A program made the position numbers and the translations under genes. Below are positions 11,863 through 23,430 of a stretch of 64,000 nucleotides of DNA, piece by piece. How positions within the stretch are numbered: position 1 is the first letter of the stretch; every line of letters begins with the position of its first letter. Location of the stretch: positions 17,360,001 to 17,424,000 of the forward strand of contig OZ004615.1 of the NCBI GenBank assembly GCA_963924565.1, written 5' to 3'. This DNA comes from Ascidiella aspersa (lineage: Eukaryota). The notes under the pieces are model-generated. The model had not been told where the DNA came from and searched no databases. It worked only from the letters and a program-made list of their open reading frames with translations.

Positions 11863-14639
11863 GTTTTATTAATCACATGTTCACTTGTTGTTTTAAATTT
11901 GTACTATTTGTTTATTGCTACTGTTGTTAAATATTTTTCAATAATTGCGTTTTTTCCTTTGCTGCAAGCAACCAAGTTACTTTTAAAACCGACTGTGTCA
12001 GTCTATAGAAGTATATCCAAAAACATGGCTAACCTTCAGGACATCCAATAAAATGCATCCTTGGGTTTTTTAAATTATAACCTGGTTAAGGATATCCTAG
12101 CCGAACACGAGTTTTGTTCCATGTCTGTCTACAAAATAAAATAAAACTTAAATAGAAGCCTTTACATAACAAAAATGCAGAGCATTATTTTAGTACTATT
12201 ATAGTTTTAACTCAAAAGTAACCAACAAGCAGAAAGAATTGAACAAAAGATTTAATAAAAGATAAGTATAGTTGAGTGTAAAACTGTCATACTGGTTTAG
12301 TCTCGTAAAAAAACACAAAAAATAGGTGCTTTTAACGTTTTTTTATTTCTAAATAGTCAGATATTGGCTTGTCGCTTTAGAAACCACCAACTTTAAGTTA
12401 TAAGTAGTCTAAAAATAAATGGGAAAAATACACTGGTTTAGTCGTCTTTAAAAAGCAGATTTTTGCGTTAATTATACAGTTTTATTTATTTTTTCTCCTT
12501 TAAATAATTGAAGTATGGCTTGCGGCCTTAGAAACCACTAATTTTAAGTCACAAGCATTCCTAAATAGTCAGAAAACGCTGTCACTAACACCCTTCTCCA
12601 TAAGGCGTAATGCAAATTTTGCGCATTTTAGGACCTTTACAAGATGGCGTTTCAGCCTTCTAATTGGCTTCAAAAACCGCTCACGTGTGCCGCTAGTTGC
12701 GCTATCCAGGTTTTATAGAGATCAGTGATTAGCCCACATCACTCGGTGACTTACGATAGAATGTTACGTAATTGTGTTTACCAAGCTTAAACAATGGAAA
12801 CCAAATGAAAAACATTTTAAAGGAAACTTTCTGTCATTTCACACCTAACACACAATATGTTCGAACGTTTTATTTCGCAATAGTCGCAGATCCTGTCCGT
12901 TTCAGATTTTCTATTGATCTAGCTAGGACGGTGTTTCGAACTATCTATAGTTCTTACGTTAGGTGGCAAAGGTTATAAATAGGTTAAATGGGCACGAGTA
13001 CCCATAACTATATTTTTACCTAGTTACCGAATCTCGTTTGGCCTTGTAGCTGGGTTGCTGAGTCGGTTTAAAATAACTCTATTGCGAACCATGCATCAAG
13101 CGTTGGCCAAAAAAGTAAATTCAAATAAGTTTATGGCAACTTCAGAGAAACAAAACTGCTCCATCGAGTCCCGAGTCCCTACCCTACTGAGGTCTTTTGG
13201 TCACCTTGTAAGGTACTGCACTCCGTCTCTTTGCGTATAAGCTACGGTAACTTAAAAACAAATAAAGTATCTATAGCCTATCTATCCATCTCACCGCACG
13301 AAAACATTTAACGTTGATTCTGTACAACCATACAGCTGTAGGGTCGATGGCGAGTCTTTTATAGATTTCCGGGACTACAAGAGGGTGTTCTTTTCGATTT
13401 CATTTTTGCTAATTTGGCTATGTGAAAGCTATAGGCCTAATTAAGCTACATTTCACATAGAGGGGTGGGCAAATATTTTTAGCCGCTGGCCGCATGAGAA
13501 ATTAAAAAAAAATGCGGTCCGGGTCAAAAATGGGATCTTAAATACATAGATGACGTCATATTAAAACGAGTAAGCTAACCAATTTGTTATTAGTTATTAC
13601 TAGGGCCCGCAAATGTCAATAAAGTTAAAAATGTTTAAGGACCTCGTCTGTCCACGAATCAACGAATAAAGTTGTTTTCAGCACCTATAGGGGACTGTTA
13701 CTAAGAAGTTTATAGGTTAAAATAAAGTTAAAATTTACAATAAAGTTAAAATTTAATAATAAAGTCAAAATTTACCAAATTATGGCTTTTGACAAAGTTT
13801 TTGTGTTTCTTGAGAGTAGTTTTTGTAAAAATCGTCGTGGAAGGAAACTGCGACACAAAAATTATTTTGCGACACAATTAAACCATATTAACCCATAAAA
13901 GCAGGCAAAATGTCCACTTGGATCAGCAGTTACTTTTATTTTCTTGTATTCGCTAGCCTAGCTATTTTTTCATAATCAGTTCAGTTACAACTATTTCAAA
14001 AGGGAGCTTGATGGCTTCGTTGCTGTTGGTGTATATTTTTAAAGGTATTCTTAGTGAAATTGTTTGGAGTAGTATAGCTGAGTGCACATTTAGAGTGTTG
14101 AGACGAGCGAGCTAAATTTTTTTGAATAACGCTGGTATACATTTTTAGTATGGCAAAATAAATAAAATTAGATTTTGGGTGGGACTTTGATCTGGACAGA
14201 AATGGGTAATAAGGGAAAAAAGGTTAAAACCCCTGCATTAGGTTGATTGTGTGCCTTATGATCAATTAAACGTTTTAGCAGGACCGAGCACGAACTCCCT
14301 ATCTTTTACATTGAAATACGTCTAGGTCATAGGGCCATAGGCCTTTAAACAGGCTTGCCTTTTAAATAAAAAATCAACTTAGGTAAATTTTCTTAATAAT
14401 GATAAAGCAGCAAAGTTAAAATGTTGTCGAAGGCAATTAAATTTTTATATTCCCTTCTTTGACGTTTCTTGGCCCGCGATCGTAAATCCTAACAGTTATC
14501 CGGCTCACGATGGCCAAGAATTATATCTGACCCTCTATAAAAAATAATTTGGTGACTCCTAGACGGGAACACACAATAAGACCTAAAAAGAAACAATACC
14601 AAAAGCACCAAAATCTATAAAACCATAGTATTAAGATCA

Positions 14640-14760
14640 AATCTGTCGGAATAAGGCCTAAATCCATCGAAATAAGGCCTAAATTCATCAGAATTAGTCC
14701 TAAATCCATCGAAATAAGGCCTAAATTCATCAGAATTAGTCCTAAATTCATCGGAATTAT
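14640..14760. repeat. 21-bp-unit minisatellite inside a dispersed repeat (~14551-14920)
   Basis: Alternating units aataaggcctaaatccatcga / aattagtcctaaattcatcag, about 5-6 copies; explains spurious ORF 14521..14751; related sequence at ~33165-33310. Confidence 0.85.
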
Positions 14761-16209
14761 TCGGAGTTAGTTGAAGTGTTGTTTAGGCCTGATTCTGACT
14801 TTTTAGGACTTATTCTGATTTAGACGGTACTAATACCATTAGGTTTTGGCCTTATTCCGAATAGTGTTTTAATCTGACGTTGTTGTCCTTGTCTCGGTCT
14901 TATGGCTAGAGTCCTCCTAGCCTAGACTAAGAGTCAGGTTTCCGCTTAAATAAAGCTTTGTCAATTTCAACCAAAATAAACGCGTTTTTCCCTCGCTACG
15001 CGTGATTATGCTGTATTTGAGCTGGACTTCGTGAGAAAAAGATTAACAACTTATTGGTGTTAAGCATAAATAACTCGTTATTAATTAATATTCAAAACTT
15101 TGACAGTGTTTATTTGTAAACCCAAAAAAATCGCTAAAAAATTAAGGTGCGTAAAAGCTTACATTGAAGAATTAGGTTACAGTAATTACCGATTGCTTTG
15201 AGACAATGGTGCTGTAATCGATGTGAATTAACTTTCTGTAATCGTTGTGAATTAACGATTTGTACGTTAAGTGATCGTCAAGACTCACGCTGGTGAATTG
15301 AGAACGCCAATCGCGAAATAGTGCTTGTTATTCCGTGATGACACAAAGCCTGATTAATCCTAATCGTAGTGAATTAACTTTGTTAGACATCATTTGAAGA
15401 TGTATTCCTGTTTTTGTGTAAAAGGGAAAATTTGTTACGCGGAAGATTATTCTTGTGCCTTGCCTTGTGAACTCTTAGAGAGTGGTAAATATCTCTCTTT
15501 CTTAACTACATTTGCCCAAACTCTTGGCGTTGGGAATTTAACTGATGCTAATTGCTCCAGATTCTCCCAGTTCCCTCAAATTGTTGGTGAGCATAATATT
15601 TGAAATTGTACAATGAGTTACAGTAATTGTATTTGACACATTGCCTTTCGTGTAGAAACCGTCTACTTCGTGTAGACTGTGCCAACATCTTTGACTCATA
15701 CTTAATTTCGGCAACAAGCTTCAAAATTCAAACTGTATATGTGATTGGTTAGTGGCTGAAATAGGAGACGCGTTTCGCTACAAGAATTTAACCTCAGGAA
15801 GCATTCTGTGCACAGACTGGAAAATATAAATTATTGGTGCTAAACTACGACTTCACCACTTGGGAATTAAAACAGCGCGTTTTGAGACAAAGTTTAAAAA
15901 TCTTCGACCTAGACCTTTCACCGAAAGATTCTTAAAGTTATTTGTCCATGGGGTGACGTTATGACCTAACTTTATGACATCTCTTTGGAAGAACTTCCTG
16001 GTAGCCCTTCAAAAGAATCCTAGATCCGCCCCTTTTGAATTAATAACCGCAGATAAAAATCTGTCCCGTCCTGACTAGCAACATAATAAATTTGTCCAAG
16101 TATTGGTATGTTTTTTAGAACAAAAAGTGACAAACCTCCCAGTTTGCTTGGACGTAGGTTAAATTCTCGACGCATAAATCCAAGATAAAAAACATTTCGC
16201 AAACTAGAG

Positions 16210-16894
16210 CAGTGCTCCTCAACAGGTGTCACCCTGGTGTGCCGTTAGGTCCCCTGAGGTGTACTTAGCGTTTTTAAGGGCGTTTTTTTAATATTCAGTC
16301 GAATTAACGCGAAAACATATATTTCGTTAAAATAGGTATTTGGCCTTATGAAATAATCCAGATGTCATTTTATGAATGTTTCAAAATATTTAAAACTTGT
16401 TTTAACAGATGAGTATAACATGCAACAGTTCTTTTTAAACTTTACATCAAAGTTGAAAGAGAGATCATATCGTAGGTTTGAAACCCATAAAATATTATTG
16501 TAAATATATTATTGGCATTAAGTGATTGTATAATTAGTCCTGTGAGCTGTTTCGAAAAATAAATTAAGCAAAAAGTTACGAAGCTCCAATGCCAGATTTT
16601 ATTTTTGAATGCTAATAAAAGTCCTATGTCTATCATGAGCTATTGTAAGGGGTGCAATTTTCAAGACTTTGATGCTCCAGAAAATATAGGAAGTCTGCAA
16701 AACCGCAAAATCAAAGGATGAAGGAATGTAATTTTTTAAACTTTTGGCGTCTTTAGCGCCTTTCATCATAAATCGCTCATTTTTGTCTTGGCTATCTAGG
16801 ATATTTGCTGATGTTTGTCTTTGGCGATGTACATATAGCGAATTATATTAGCCCTGTTGGTGTGCCGTAAGTGAAAAAAGGTTGCGGAGCACTG
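16210..16894. mobile_element. hAT MITE
   Basis: Termini cagtgctcctcaac / gttgcggagcactg; TSD aactagag / atctagag (7/8). Confidence 0.8.
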
Positions 16895-19589
16895 ATCTAG
16901 AGTAGACATAAAAATACCGGAAAACCGAAAAATAAGCGGAAGCGCCCTGCAAACCAACCTGATGTTTACCTTTTTCCAGTTATAAAGTGGTCGGCGCTAA
17001 ACAATTGTAATTTTCCAATTTTGCGGTAGGCCAATTAAAATGAAAAGGCCTTCTGACTGTTGATTTTTAAAACGCGGCATTATATTCTGTGGGCCGGAAC
17101 GGTCTGTAGTTAAACATAACAAAACAAAAAATAAGCAACGTTGCCGTTTAAACTGTTAAACATGTTTCCAATACAAATTAATTTATCTGATATTATCTTG
17201 TCGTTACCCTATAACTCTTTACGCAAAGTTGTAACTCATTGCATCCAACGAAAATACATGTGTTTCATCCTTAGTTATTCACCAGAAAGATGCTCTTTTG
17301 TGAGGAAAGCAAATCGTAATAGGTCCCTAAAGAGAAAAAATCATTAAATTCATATGTATTCTAAGCAAAAAAGGCGACATGCCGAACAAAGTAAGTATGT
17401 ATAGCCTATATAATTATACAATGTCCTTGTCGATGAATGATATTTCACTTGGCGATGTGAGGTTTTTGTCAAAGGTGTTTTGCCAATTTTTATCTAGTCC
17501 CACGTATATATCATTATTTTATGATATGACACAAAATGCGCCTTTAGTCACAAAAAAGTAGGATTTTGAACGACGATAATAGTTAGGTATGTGGTATTGT
17601 AAAATGGCTTTTACTAAGATATAAATGAAATAATTTTTTTGTTTAAAGACTTTCAAGCTGGTATTTTTATTGTGTGTATGACTGTATGCTGACATAAGGT
17701 TAACAATTTTCTACAGACATCCCTAGTCATTGTAGTCCAGTGTGGTGTGTACAACCATTTACCTAAATTGACGGCCGAATTGACATTTTTTCCACGTACA
17801 AAATACTTTGAGCTATTGACCCTGCATTAACAGTTTGTTTGTTGTATAGATGACGCCACAAAACAATCCATTTTATGAAGACACATTTTTTCTACTCGTG
17901 CGCGAATAGCCGAATATGCAAGTGAAATCCTGTTTAATCGCACAAAGCAGCTTTGATCTGAACGGATTTACTTGAAAAGAACTTAGACATGATGAAAAAG
18001 GATAAAAGTTAAAAAAGCAAGAACAAAATTAGTATTTACATAGTAAGAGACGTGTTCGGATATGCCGCCTTAGATTTGTTTTTGATCAGGCGGAATTTAT
18101 CGTGGATAACATCTCTCAAATTTAACGCAATATGCATTTTTGCGATTCGCGCGAACTTTTTGCCTCGGTTCTGTGCAGCCAGACCGCTGACACGCCAATG
18201 GCACTCAAAACCTATATGTCGAATATTTTAACATATGCCATTATATCGCGCAAAGTGCTAATCGTTTTACCATTTAAATTTTACGTTTTGCCAATTTAAT
18301 CAAAATATACGCAAATTTGTTTACGGTTTGCGCATCAGTTTCTTATGATTACCGGTTTTTATAAAGTCGCGTTATATTAAGTAACTTTGTGAAATCATCT
18401 TTTCCTTGATACCCCTACTTGGATTAGCTGGTTGTCACGTACCATCTGAATTTGCTAGACTCTTTCAACAGAAGATAAATTTTAAGGAAAGGATTAATTG
18501 ACACTTAGGCATCCTCTTCCCGCAAGAAACGCATTAGTCACACGCACAAACTAGCATCGGGCCGTTATGCCCACGTTGAGATTACCTGAGCAAGGGCAAA
18601 GGGTCGCTTTAATTTAATTGTAAACCTTAGGCATAAAGTTGGCGGCGGCGAAATTAGTAAATTGCAAACAAAGAGGTGTTACCTAGTGCGAACAGGCGAG
18701 GACCAGCTGGGCTGTACATAATAATACATTTTGGCGAAATAGTAAGAAACCAGACAGAAACAATTAATAAATAGGCTACGAAAATGTTGTAGTTACAAAG
18801 GTTTATTCATTTAATAGACGAAATACTCGGTGTTGGCAAGTTTAACTATAAGGAACTAATTACCAATTTTAGATCGCTTTAAACTTGGTAAAAAATGCAA
18901 TTGTCCCACTGGCGTTGTCCTTATAAAGTGCTTTCATTGCAATAAAAGCGATATTTTGCTATCCCTAATCTAATTGCCGAGTGTTTAAACAAAAGTTAGG
19001 AAGCTATTAAGCTTTGGGTTCTAATCGCTAATTTATATATGTACAACCGACCTAAGTTAAGTTTGGTAAAGCTACATGTGTTAGCCAAATCTAAAAAAAA
19101 CATTTGCAGAAATTTAACATGCAACCAGACGAGAATGTTACGAATTACAATCATATTCGGTAAAGTGACTAACAATTTCATTGGCCGCCAGGCATGATGT
19201 CAAAACAACACTTGGCTATAGGCCACAAAAAATTGCGGCATAAATATGTTTTCTCGTCTTGAAAAGTGCACTATATAAGTTGCGCGATTATGGCATAAAA
19301 TGTTTCTTCCTTCCTAAAAGTGCGTACGTTGCGCTTCACGTTGGTAATGTCTTCTGCATTTCGCGGTGGTAGAAACATGATAGCCTACAATGTAAGTTGG
19401 CAACGGCACTTGCCCCTCCCCGCTAGCTGTGTCTGGAAGTTTCATGAAATACAAACATGTATTTCCTGTCACGATCGCTCTCGGGTAGGTTTAGTAAAGC
19501 TATTATTTAACAGCAGATAACTCGCGATTTACCAGTCGAGTAAACAGCCGTGGTGCTTTTGTACGTTAGCCGATCATTTGGGTTGGTAG

Positions 19590-20131
19590 CAGTGGTGGGA
19601 TTCAGCCGGTTCGCACCGGATCTATAGAACCGTCTCACGAAATTTTATGAGATCAGCAAACCGGTTGGCATTACTGGTTACTGTCAATGGATTTTTGCCT
19701 TTTATCTAATACACAGATTTCGCACGTAACAGTCATATATTGTGTTAATTTTTACAATTGTAATAGTTTTCCTTTTGTGATTGTTTGTCTGAAAATTGAA
19801 TTTTTTGAGTCATAAGTGAAAGTCATAAGACGACTGCTGCTTTTTAGTGTGGCTGTAAGCAGTGATGAGATTCAGTCGGTTTGCAACATTTTTAATATGT
19901 TGTACAGGCTAATTTTAATGGTGAAAACCAGATAGTTTAACAATTTAGTTTTATTTTACTTGACTTTTTTTTTATATATTTGTTGTTTCTATCATACCCT
20001 TGTATGACACAGTGTTAATGTATGCTTGCTTCTCAGTTTATTTGCCCCAAATTATGACTTTTTGTACTTTCTGTAAAAAATATGCCTTTTGTGATAGAAC
20101 TGGCTGACAAAAAATTCGAATCCCACCACTG
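19590..20131. mobile_element. hAT MITE
   Basis: 14-bp perfect TIR cagtggtgggattc; perfect TSD gttggtag (19582-19589, 20132-20139). Confidence 0.88.
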
Positions 20132-20888
20132 GTTGGTAGCCGATGTCGCATATACGGGAGGCTGTAGGTCGCATATACGGGGGTTGATGTCGAGTATACG
20201 GGCTCGCATAAAAGTTAATACGTATATCATGACTCCATCGAAATGCAAACTAATCAAGTGGTGAAGAAAACCACTTAAATTCGGCTGACTATAGTTTAAC
20301 AGGATTGTATTGTGGTATAGCATATCAAATCAAACAAAAGTAGTGATGTTGCACCGATTATTTTATTGTTTGTGTGTGCGGCATTGTTTCTTTGTTTTAC
20401 CGTTTGTACGCGTGTTGCTCTTTCGATCTTTGTTTTACACTCGCGTAAGTTAAATCGGTTCTCCACTTAGCACCCCACCTTTCGCGCTTTATTTCTTATC
20501 TTATCAAGTTTTCTTTTGGCACATAATAATTAGTTACATTTGGCACATACACCGTTTTTCACCTGGTTATGGTGATCCGAAAAAACAAAAACGCATAAAT
20601 ACATAGTCGATTTTTGAGAGAGCTTGAATAATATTTGAATACTTTTGCAATTTAAGTTTCTGCCCCTATTAAGACGTTGGCCGCGTATTTTATTTTTTAT
20701 GTATTTTATTGTTTTACTTACAGTTCGCCTATATTGTGTAGCGCTTGACGATGAAGTCATGAAATAAAGTCATAACGATTAAGTAACACAAATACAATAT
20801 ACCGGTCAACTAAAATGTAAGCGAACGCCATTATGACGCCATAAACCCCTTCGTATAATAGACAAATTCCCCGATATATAGCGAGCAC

Positions 20889-23254
20889 TAGGGTTGTTCA
20901 GATTTAACTTTTTTTTGAAAATTTATGCTTCCTGCTTGATTTCCGATTATGTGTCACATAAAAATGAGTTTCGTAAGTTTTCAAAACAATTAAACAACAT
21001 TTAGGGGCTCCGCAGGCACCCCAAAGTTGTCACACTAAAATTGCTAAAATCTGGGACTTCCCCTAACACGATACTGTAAGTTTTCCTTAAAAAACACAGA
21101 AACCTTGTAATTTTTATATTAAACAATTGCAAGAAAGTATCACTAATCCATTTTCCAGTTTTATGTAACTCAAAATGTATTCTTAAAGCCCCCAAATCCC
21201 CAATTTACCCCATTTTTGGAGCTGTCATTTAATTTATCACATATGTACAATAAAATATATTTTAACAAATTGTATATTATGAAAAGCAAAGTATTTTAAT
21301 CAACAGTGAATAAAGAAGGAATATAACAAAAGTATACCAATGTAATAGTTAAAAAATGTAAAAAGGAACATCAATGAATAGCTTTTTTATTTTTTAGCCA
21401 AGGTTTTTTTTAGAAAATCTGGGTGTGATTGTCTGTGATCTTCAACAGCTTATAGCAAGTTGTTTGTTGCTGTGGATTGTCGGTTAATATAGTAGCACAA
21501 TCTGTGTTTACTTTTAACCACTCTTTCTGCGGCATCATTCACAACTTTAACAGTACATGAAGACTTTAACTCGTTGTACCCATTATGAGCACCATGAATC
21601 GTGAAAATGCGTCGGCCAATCACATATCTGATTGAGTAGCGTAAAATAAACCAGGAATATGTGCCAATCAAATCCTCTAAAGTGGTATAACTTTTGATTT
21701 TATGAGGCAAAACTTGAATGCCATGGTGAAAATCTTCAGGTTTGGCAGTTACAAGAAGTTTTCGGACAATTGCTGCCTTTGTGTCCTTGGTCATTTGTGG
21801 GTGATTACTAAACAAGGAAAATTTGACAAGTTTGTTTAGAAAAATACCATCATTACCCATCTGTTCAGACCACATAAACATTTTTGGCCATAGAAATCTT
21901 GTCCCATCCACCTTGTACTGTGTGTTGCACCTGCTTGATTGTCTTCTTCTTTCGTATGGACGATCTTATTATTCCAGTTCAAATGTCCGGGCAGAAGTCG
22001 AGATGCCAGCGGATAGTCTCATCGTCCAAGAGTGTCAGACCATTTGTCCCACTTGGTTAGCGATATATTTGCACCGTAAGACTATGTGGTCTGCAGTCTG
22101 TTCCTCCAAACCTCAGTCACAGAAGCCCCATTTATTCATGGAAGACCTGGCACGCCCGACCCCTGTTCTCAGCCTGTTAAGGCGAGTCTAGGCTCGAATA
22201 GACAGGCCAAAACCCTAAGGCTTATTGGAGGTGATGGAGAGGGGTAATCTTGCTCCTCGTTCCATTTGGTGGCCATCCATTCACCTACACCAGAGCTTTC
22301 ACATTTCTGCAGTGATTTGAGTGCAGCTGGTATAAAGGAGCATCTCGAGGATAGTAGCCTTTGGTATTGTGGCTCCTCTGGGGCGAAGCTCAGCGGGCTA
22401 GATGCCTGCCAGGGTCGGAATGTGAGTGTCCTGTCCAGATGCAATGTGAGGTATGTAGACATGGAAATCCAAAGTTCTTCCATTGGTATTGACGGACAAT
22501 ACACGTTTAAATTCCTTGTTATTGAGGTGGACTAAGAGTCCTCTCAACACTGCGCCAATTCCCTTCAGCATGCAAGATCGCCAAGTCATCAGCGTATGCT
22601 TGGAGACTGTGGTGGGCAGATCACTGTAATAAACATTAAATAGAAAAGGAGCCAGAACTGATCCCTGAGGCATGCCGTTTCTAAGGCGTCATAACCTGCT
22701 TTGATGGAGCCGTTGTTTGTCTTAAAACCAACGCTGCGATTATGGACAAGTTCCATGATCATGCTGACCATGTGTTTGTTAAAAATAATAATCACTGATT
22801 ATGCTGCTATGTTAAATGACAATCCTCAGCAACGTGTTGAAGATCACAGGCGATCATAAACAGCTTTTAAATAATTCGATAAAATGTATTTTATTGAATA
22901 TATGTGATAAATCAAATGACAACTCTAAAAATGGGGTAAAGTAGGGCTTTGGGGGCTTTAAGAATACATTTTGAGTTACATAAAACTGGAAAATAGATTA
23001 GTGAAGCTTTCTTGCCATTGTTTAATATAAAAATTACAAGGTTTCTTTGTTTTTAAAGAAAACGTACAGTATCGTGTTAGGGGAAGTCCCGGATTTTAGT
23101 AATTTTATTGTGGTGACTTTGGGGTGCCTGCGGAGCCCCTAAATGTTGTCCAATTGTTTTGAAAACTTGTGAAACTGATTTTTATGTGACACATAATGGG
23201 AAATCAAGCAGGAAGCATAAATTTTCAAAAAAAAGTTAAATCTGAACATCCCTA
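20889..23254 (-). mobile_element. hAT (hATm-like) fold-back element with ~380-bp inverted arms and a transposase C-terminal remnant
   Basis: TAGGG...CCCTA termini; arms ~20889-21270 and ~22875-23254; TSD gcgagcac / gcgagcaa (7/8). ORF 21450..21911 contains FSLFS...TLEDLIG..SWF...VKVVNDAAERVVK, an hATm-type C-terminal catalytic-E motif. Confidence 0.85.
21943..22777 (-). mobile_element. 5'-truncated, decayed LINE (RT fragment, RTE/RTEX-like) nested in the hAT element
   Basis: Frameshifted peptides PQGSVLAPFLFNVYYSDLP, LDRTLTFR and LNRLRTGVGR...QTADHIV..C; 3' tail ccatacgaaagaagaag on the minus strand. Confidence 0.8.
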
Positions 23255-23430
23255 GCGAGCAATTTATAGAAAGTAATTTGTAGTTAAAATTCATTATAAC
23301 CTTGCAAACGACACTAATCTTTACTATTAAACCACAATCCACAACTGGTGTATAACTCCTATTTTATACCTGCCTTTGTATTTTTAACTATCAAGGTCAT
23401 CACGGACTATCATAAAATATTTCGTTTAGG

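Larger units (their letters stand above)
6247..12727 (+). mobile_element. Full-length P-element superfamily (THAP9-like) DNA transposon, 6,481 bp
   Basis: 35-bp perfect TIRs cactgatctctataaaacctggatagcgcaactag (6247-6281; inverse 12693-12727); CA...TG termini; 8-bp TSD attagccc (6239-6246, 12728-12735); ~240-bp imperfect subterminal inverted repeats; internal THAP and P-transposase coding exons. Confidence 0.96.

Noticed and set aside
14521-14751. Repetitive ORF (MNLGLIL)n
   Set aside because: Translation of a 21-bp minisatellite.
14640-14760. CRISPR-like periodicity
   Set aside because: Tandem units without unique spacers; eukaryotic context; no cas genes.
15394-15960. Possible second, very decayed P-transposase C-terminus (KLRLHHLG resembles KIRLYHLG)
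   Set aside because: Only one short motif; no continuous frame or TIRs; needs TBLASTN.
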